From contig MU056050.1 in NCBI GenBank assembly GCA_013239625.1, forward strand, positions 6,271,366-6,335,365: a stretch of DNA of 64,000 bases, given 5' to 3'. Positions 56,773 through 64,000 of the stretch are shown here, in pieces. The notes beneath the pieces were generated by a model. That model had not been told where the DNA came from. It saw only the letters and a program-made list of their open reading frames with translations, and ran no database searches. Every line of letters begins with the position of its first letter. Positions within the stretch are counted from its first letter, which is position 1. The DNA comes from Lama guanicoe (lineage: Eukaryota). A program made the translations under genes and the position numbers.

Positions 56773-56928
56773 CTTAGATTTTTCATTCTTTATTCTGTGA
56801 GCCTCATCGATGACCAGGTATCGCCAGTGAAACTTTTTGAATACAGATTTTTCTTTAATTACCATCTCATAAGAAGTAACACAAACATCCCACTCTCCTG
56901 GCATCATTTCATCACGAATAAAAGCAGC
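56773..56928 (-). CDS. SMARCA1: SMARCA1 exon 7: [52 protein letters not shown]
   Basis: catcag|GCT GCT ... TCT AAG|gtaagc; 156 nt; DEAH box (Walker B). Confidence 0.97.
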
Positions 56929-58636
56929 CTGATGCAAAATAAAGTTCCTTATATTAGAATTTGCTGACAAGATGTCACAGAATTAAAGCATCAACAGAAT
57001 ATTAAGAACTTTAAGAGACCCTAGGAATCATTTGGTCTCATCTATTTTAGAGAGAGGAAATCTGAGGCCCAAAGATACTTTTGTGGTCAATTATCTGGAT
57101 GACATGCTAATATTTTCACCAACAAAAGAAAGGCAAAGTCTTCATTAAACGAGTACAGCATATTCAGTGAACTGGAGAAGTTCATATCACCAGAAGATGA
57201 CAATTACTAGGCGCTCTCTTCACACTACATCGGGTCAAAAGGACATGGGCAAAGGAACTACTTTCTGAATACCATATTTTTACCAAGATCCAAGCATTAC
57301 CAACACGATTATCATTCCAATAAATGGAAAAAGCTCAATATACATGAGTGATTCCAACCTCGTGAGATGTCTTGTATGTTTCCTTCACTTTCCAGCAGGG
57401 GTGAGTCAAAACCTTTGTTCGAGGGTCATGAAAGCCCCCTAATGTTTTTGTGAAATCCCTGATGTTGTTATGAGGCTATGAGTGTGACTTTATAAAGGGA
57501 ACTTTATCTAGTACAGGACTCTATTTAAAATGGTGAGACTACTTAAAACTATTTTTAAACCTTCATAGGCAGTGGCCAATGTGGTAGCCAAGTTGACTGA
57601 AAGCATTTTTAATTTGTATGAACTGAATTCTAGATTATTTTTATCATGGGTCAAAATAAAACCACAAAGGTTAACAGGGAGCAGCAAAATCTATACTGAA
57701 AGGGGGCTGATAAGCACTGTAAACCCAAAATTACAGTGCATAAACAAAATTAACTGTTCATGTTATAAAAATCATTATTTCACAAATTCAGTTATGTACC
57801 AAACACACCAGGGACTCTTTCAACAAATACTCAATGAGTGCCCATTATGTATAAAAGGCTTGCCTGAGCTGAAGTAGAGGACAGAAAAAAGGCTTCTGTA
57901 AATCTCGGCTGCACCCTGGGAAGTGGTCAGTCAAAAACTTATTTAAGATATTAGGGAATTAGAGGCAAAATAAAAAGAACCAGGGTGCCAGATCCCACTT
58001 GGTTCTGCAAATACCTTATCTTTCATTCTGTGTAATACTCAGTTTAATGGTTCTTCCTACAGTTTCATGGAACATATACATATTTTAATTTAAATTAGCT
58101 CTGCTTTGAAATTTGTGTAACTACTTGATTTAGAGTTAAATATCTTGACACTAAAGATCACATAATCCAAAAGCTCTCATTTTACAGGTGACAAAAATTA
58201 AGGCCCTTCAAGATTCATTCACATCACAGCCAGTAGCAAAGCTAGAACTAAAACCAGATCTCCTGTTTCCATATCCATGACCTTTGATACCTCTGGAGTG
58301 GAAAAGCAAGAGGTTGAAAACTGTGTTTGGAAATCACACCTCTAAATACTTCAGGACTACACTAGTTTTAAACAGGATCAGGATTTTCTCTAATAATTTC
58401 CAAACTTAACTACCTACTGTATTACCATCATATATTTTACCAAATATTTTACTACCAAAAAATGAGCTCATAAAATGTTGACAGAAGGCCAAGAAAATAG
58501 AAAGACCCAATATATCTATCCTGTGTGGTTACAAAGGTTCAAATCTGTCTATAAATAAAGATCTGGATTTTCTCTATATATAATGACATCTATACGTGTC
58601 GCACATGGCACAATAATTATTTATGTAATTACAATT

Positions 58637-58876
58637 ACTGGTTCTCAAACTCTTTTGACAATGGCCCACAGTAAAAGTGTATTTTAGGTTGCAATCCAGT
58701 ATACACATACATATTTGAGAACGTGAATATTGAAAGAAGCAATACGTATCCTCACTACGTATGAAACTCTGCTATTTTCTATTATATTCTATCTCAATGT
58801 TTTAAAAAAATTGTAGTCACCACCCACTAAGCTGAATTCCCAACCCATTAATGAGCGGCAGTTTGAAAAACACTGA
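58637..58876. mobile_element. hAT-Charlie-type MITE
   Basis: Ends ctggttctcaaact ... agtttgaaaaacactg form imperfect hAT-like terminal inverted repeats. Confidence 0.55.
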
Positions 58877-60209
58877 CTTTCAAGATTAGTTTTCAAGATT
58901 AAGATGTTTTTGAAGTCTCTAGAAGAATTTCAACCACCCGTCGGGTAGAGATAGGGCAGTCACCAATAAAATACATTCAGTCTTTCCTGAAAATCCCCAG
59001 AGATACTTCATGAAACCCTTGGATTCCATTAAATATAGTTGAAAACCACTGATGTACATTTTTACTGAGACATGATGAAAATACAAGCCTACATATTTCT
59101 CAATATCTATGACCTTCAAGAAATAATTTTAGCAAAAAAAATCAGTACTTTAGAACTGCAAAGTTTTATAACGAATAGTATTACATTAAATAATAACAGT
59201 GATCAGAAAGAGTTCTAAGTGACTAATTTGCTACTGGGAAATATTAGCCATAAGGAAGAATCAAGCCTGTAATTCTAAATTTATGAACTCAGTATTTCAA
59301 TATTTAAATTATTTATGTTAAATTTAAATAAATTTAAGTAATTTTTCTTCAAGCAAAATGATAAAAATGAAATTACATAATTCATTATGCTACCATTCTT
59401 TTGAGGATATCTTTTGATAACCTATCTAAATATGTAAAATAGAATAAATCTTTAAACTGTGTTCTCTGGAGACAAAATAAAGACAAAGTTTAATAATATG
59501 TTTCCTAAGCTGATTATTCATTTTGGTATTTTTGCATAATTCATTATTTTTAGATTAATTCAACAGTCCTAAAATAATTGTAGCCTACTATATTTACAAA
59601 TAGCTAACTTAAACAAGAACCCAGAGTTTATAATATTATCTAAGAATATATGCAGACATGTATTTTTCTATTCAAAGATCAAAACTAAAAGCTGTGTCTA
59701 TGCATAAACACAAAACACAAAGCCCTCTGTACAAACAGAAAAGGTTCCATTCATGTGTATGTGCATGTTTACAAGTCAAAGTCAAAAGTAAAAAATTTAA
59801 ACAAAAAAACTGACATGGAAATTTATACATTTTTGGCATCAAAACAGCACAAATAATAGAATCGCTGATAAGATATACTGTTAATAAGACTTTTTAAAAT
59901 AAAATGTCACTTAAAAGTGCAACTTAAAAAAGCTGAGGTTAATGAGTTAGTTAAAAGTAAATGCAAGTAAGCATAATAATGGATTGTCCATTATGAACAG
60001 GTTAACACATCTACCTCATAAAAGTGTTGCGAGAATTAGCTTAATTAATATATAAAAAGCACTTACAACAGAGCCTAACACAGATTAAGCACAAGTTAAG
60101 TGTTATTTAATAGTGGTCAACTCAAATGCCTTTTATAGCAATAGGATACAACTTAACACCATAAACGATGCTATTCTTGATTCCCTTTTTAAACCTGTTT
60201 CTCACTTAC

Positions 60210-60389
60210 TCTCGCATCCTTGTCTCCAACAAAACAAATAACACGAAGAGATGGGACCCATCGTTTAAATTCATTCATCCAGTTGTGTAGAGTAGACTTT
60301 GGAACTAAAACCATGTGAGGTCCAGGAATGTTTCGGTAATGTTTCAGGTAACCAAGCAAAGCAATCGTTTGTAAAGTCTTACCAAGACC
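60210..60389 (-). CDS. SMARCA1: SMARCA1 exon 6: [60 protein letters not shown]
   Basis: atgcag|GGT CTT GGT AAG ... GCG AGA|gtaagt; 180 nt; Walker A GLGKT and motif Ia. Confidence 0.97.
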
Positions 60390-61862
60390 CTGCATTATCA
60401 TCACAAGGAAAAAAAAATCCATAAACGTTTTTTATTTAATGCAACATTTTATTAGTAGAAACATCACAAAAGGTATTTGCCAACTATCTCACATAGGGAA
60501 AAGTTTAAAGACTTTTTTTTGAAGTGAATAACCATTCCAATTCAACACTTAACATGAGCACAAAAAGAAACCAAGAACTTGCAGTTAGAAAGTTACTCAA
60601 AAAGTAACTTTCTATTTGGGAGACTTTTACTCCTACAGAAGCAAGAAATGTATATAATTTTTTCCACTAGTTGCAAAATTAGTGATTTTGTCTACTTCAC
60701 AGACACGTTTCCTTTACCAGCCTGCTTAGATATCATCTTCCTTTCCCACTGTCCCCAACATTATTACAGCCCTGGCATGAAATATTCAGACTACACATCT
60801 CAAGGGGCATGTAGCTCTGTACTTGCATTTCACACCTTGTAGACCTAAGGAACCGTAACAGAACAGGACATAAAAGAACTTTGCAGCCAGAAAGGACCCT
60901 AGAGAGATTACCTAGACAGTGGACTTTTAAAAAAATAATATACTGACTGAACACCTGTGAACCCACGACCTAGCCCATGGGAAAGAGAATTCCGTCCTAT
61001 GCTGCATGACCTTTTAAAACAGCCTCTGGCTTTATCTCTATATGAAGTATGTATTTCTTTAACAAACCTAAGTTTGAAGCTATTTTTATAAGAGTTATCA
61101 TATCTGATATTTCACTTATGAGATGGGTTTTATGAATGCTATGTATCAATATCTTAAAATGTTTATACTCCTTAACCAAGTAATTCCACTTCTAGAAATC
61201 CCATGGAAATAATATGAGAGGTGCAGAAAAACTAAATTCTCACAGGGTTTTCATAATAGTATTATTATATATCAGATATACATATATATCAACAATATAT
61301 TCTATATACAGATACATAATATATACTATATACATATTATACATTAACCAATCCAAATGACCAGCAATAAGGGAGGAGAGGAATAAAATTATGGAACCTC
61401 CCTAGGATTAATTATTATGGAGTGGCAACTGTATGTCCATCATTCCTTAGCTTTCTTCCTGACTCCCACCTGGCACTCTACTGTCAAGACTCAACACTGC
61501 TCTTTACTTTTTTGTTCTTTTTTCCATCTATTCACACTTTCTGGTTATCACACGTGGCGGCATTTATATTCATTCATGCATGCATTCATTCATTTATTGT
61601 TTGGTTTATTCATTCACTCAAAAGTACAAGGAGTTTTTTTTGATACCATTTGAGGAAATTTCAATAAGCATTTTGTGGCCTGTGAAACTGTATGTTCTAG
61701 AGGGTACTTAAAGAAACAATTCTTGACTTTACAAAAACCTTTCCTGTTATAACTAAATAAAACAGCCTCCAAGCCTCAGCGAAGCAGTTCAGCTCAGGTA
61801 TTTCAAATTTACATAAAAATTATTGATAACTGAGAATGTGTTTTAGTCTACCAACTCCTTAC

Positions 61863-61963
61863 CATTTCGTCGGCCAAAATACCATTGACTCCATTTTCAT
61901 ACAAAGAGATCAACCAGTTCAGTCCTCGAATCTGATAATCTCTCAGTGGTCCCCCTTTCACGT
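61863..61963 (-). CDS. SMARCA1: SMARCA1 exon 5: (Y)[33 protein letters not shown] (Q motif, start of Walker A)
   Basis: tttcag|AC GTG AAA ... GAA ATG|gtaagg; 101 nt. Confidence 0.96.
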
Positions 61964-62073
61964 CTGAAAAAAAAAATCAAGGATGTCTCTCTCATATTTT
62001 CATTAATACAGCCAAGTAAAAATTTTCTAAAACCAAACGAGAAACAAAAATACCAACATGATGAAGTACTTAC

Positions 62074-62174
62074 ACGAAGGTGACACCTCAAATCTAACAC
62101 ACACATTAGATGTTCTCCGACTCTCCGAGAGAAGCTCTTCATCTTCTTCTTGTTCTGTGCGCCTGTGACGGTAA
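62074..62174 (-). CDS. SMARCA1: SMARCA1 exon 4: (D)[33 protein letters not shown] (AutoN-like RHRR motif)
   Basis: tttcag|T TAC CGT ... TCG T|gtaagt; 101 nt; phases fit neighbouring exons. Confidence 0.95.
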
Positions 62175-62507
62175 CTGAAATGAAAAAGTACTTTCATATT
62201 CAACCCAAATGCTAAGGTGTCGATTAAGTCACTAGACATTGTTAATATCTTTTATGAAGAAAGAGTTACCCAGAGTCTTGCTTAGAAGTTGGCAGAACCA
62301 GCCTATATTTCTACTGATTGACTTCCAGTGAGAAAAAATATTGTTGCCTCCAGAACACATTTACACTGACAATAACCTTATTTTTTGAATAGAAAATCAC
62401 ACTGAATAAGTGAAGAAGGAAGGGAGGTATGAAGGGAGGTAGGAGGGGGGCTGGGAGGAAGGGAGGGCAGGAGAAAGGGAAGAAAGCAGAGGAAGATGGC
62501 AACGTAC

Positions 62508-62674
62508 TCTCCGGCAGAAATTAAGCTCTGCTTGTCATCCTTCTTTATTCGAGGGCGCCCCAATTTCATGTTTAGAGGCGATGTTGGAGATTTCTGTGCT
62601 GAAGGTTGAATGAAATGTGCAAAAAGTTCTGTCTGCTTCAGCAAAAATTCAAATCTCTTTGCTCGATCTGCTTT
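62508..62674 (-). CDS. SMARCA1: SMARCA1 exon 3 (first coding exon in window): [55 protein letters not shown]
   Basis: aattag|AAA GCA GAT ... GGA GA|gtacgt; 167 nt; peptide matches the SNF2L N-terminal region; overlaps ORF 62378..62644. Confidence 0.95.
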
Positions 62675-62729
62675 CTAATTTACAAGAAAAAGAAAAAGTA
62701 ATGATTTCCTTCTGTGTTCATTCAAATTT

Positions 62730-62930
62730 TAACAGATATTTATATTGCACTTACTTTGTACTATAGTCTAAGCACTTTAAACATACTAATCCATTTAATT
62801 CTCTTAATAACCTGTGGGTAGGTACCAGTGTCATCCCCATTTAATGATGATAAAACTGAGGCACAGAGAGGTTAAGTAAGTTGCCCAATCCCCCACAGCT
62901 AGTAAGTAGCAGAATTTGAAAATGCTGTTT
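62730..62930 (-). mobile_element. MIR SINE
   Basis: aaactgaggcacagagaggttaagtaagttgcccaa...cacagctagtaagt. Confidence 0.75.
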
Positions 62931-64000
62931 TCAGATAGTTTGAATAGAAGTCAAGTGATCTGACAGACGTGATAAATGTCGCAGTAAGAAGCATCCTGCT
63001 GAAAGAGTTAGGGTCAAAATAGCAAATTCTGAGTGGCTTGGGAAGCTAACCAAGAATTTTCAAGCTTCATCTAGAAATAATTTGAATCTTGGAACACAGT
63101 GTCATCTTGCCTCGAAATATTTTCAATGTCATGGCACAATAATGTAATAAACATTTCTCTCTTCAACTATAGTGATCTGGAAAATTGTGTTTTATGCTAA
63201 GAGTATATAAAGTTTCTCCCCAAAGTGAGGATTTGGAGAAAAAATATATACACACACATACACAAGTGAAATAGTTACTATGTATCAGCAATTAAAAATT
63301 GATACATACTACAATTTCTCAATAAATTGTAAAAGGTTGTATAACTTACACAGTATAAATGCAATAAAACTTTTGCTCACTAAAAAATCTTAAAAGATCA
63401 AAAAATGTCTACATCATTCCACATAAAGGAAAAAAAGGTGACTTTTTAATTCCTAGTCATTTTCTGACCACAGGGTAGAGAATATTTGATTGCCAATAAA
63501 GAATGCATAATTAATAATACAGAAACTTACAAGAATTCATTAACATAAATACAAGAATTAGACAAATACATTCAGACCAGTAGCTGGACGGAAGCCAAAA
63601 CCTTTCCACTTTATGTTATCCTCACTGGAATGTTGTTTTTAGAGTTGTTAAAACATTAACTGTCTACGTTAGATGTGGTCTTAAACATTAAGGCATGGAG
63701 TTTTGTAAAATCACCATGAGCAACCAGAAAGTGTACTTTATCTCTACTTATTTTTATAATATTACTGCAAAAACAATACCTCAGCAACCCCTCAAAGAAA
63801 TTCAGTTCCAGTTCCAACTACTGGTAATTTCTCTTTTGAGTTAACCGAGTTCACTGATTTTGAAAGATCCCAGGGCATAAAAGTCTAGTTAAAATTAAAG
63901 CTAAAAATATGGGTTTTAGTGACTAAAAATTAAATAATTAAATGTATATCAAAGCTGTAGGTGAGCATAAGTGAAGTTATACTGCTTGAGTATGTAATAT

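Overview
AT-rich mammalian genomic DNA. The window is dominated by SMARCA1 (SNF2L, ISWI-family chromatin-remodelling ATPase) on the minus strand. I traced 22 constitutive coding exons (human-numbered 3-12 and 14-25), all with GT-AG boundaries and compatible phases. They total 2916 nt, i.e. 971 aa plus stop. There is also a 36-nt cassette exon 13, an alternative short C-terminus (VKFSAFS*) and a 3' UTR ending near 3920. Exons 1-2 lie beyond the right edge of the window. Introns hold typical eutherian repeats: L1, L2, MIR, CR1/L3, MaLR LTRs, and hAT and Tc1/mariner relics. The young L1 3' ends, with no recognisable Alu, B1/B2, Bov-tA/BovB or PRE-1 SINEs, suggest a non-ruminant artiodactyl such as a camelid (inference). 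The most notable observations are: (1) exon 13 is an exonised antisense piece of an unusually well-preserved ancient L1 ORF2; (2) the exon 14 acceptor has an A-run containing AATAAA in place of a pyrimidine tract; (3) two alternative C-termini; (4) a decayed retroelement integrase downstream of the gene; (5) a multi-layer L1 nest in intron 17. I found no prokaryote-type system. Repeat family names and human protein comparisons are from memory and were not checked against databases.
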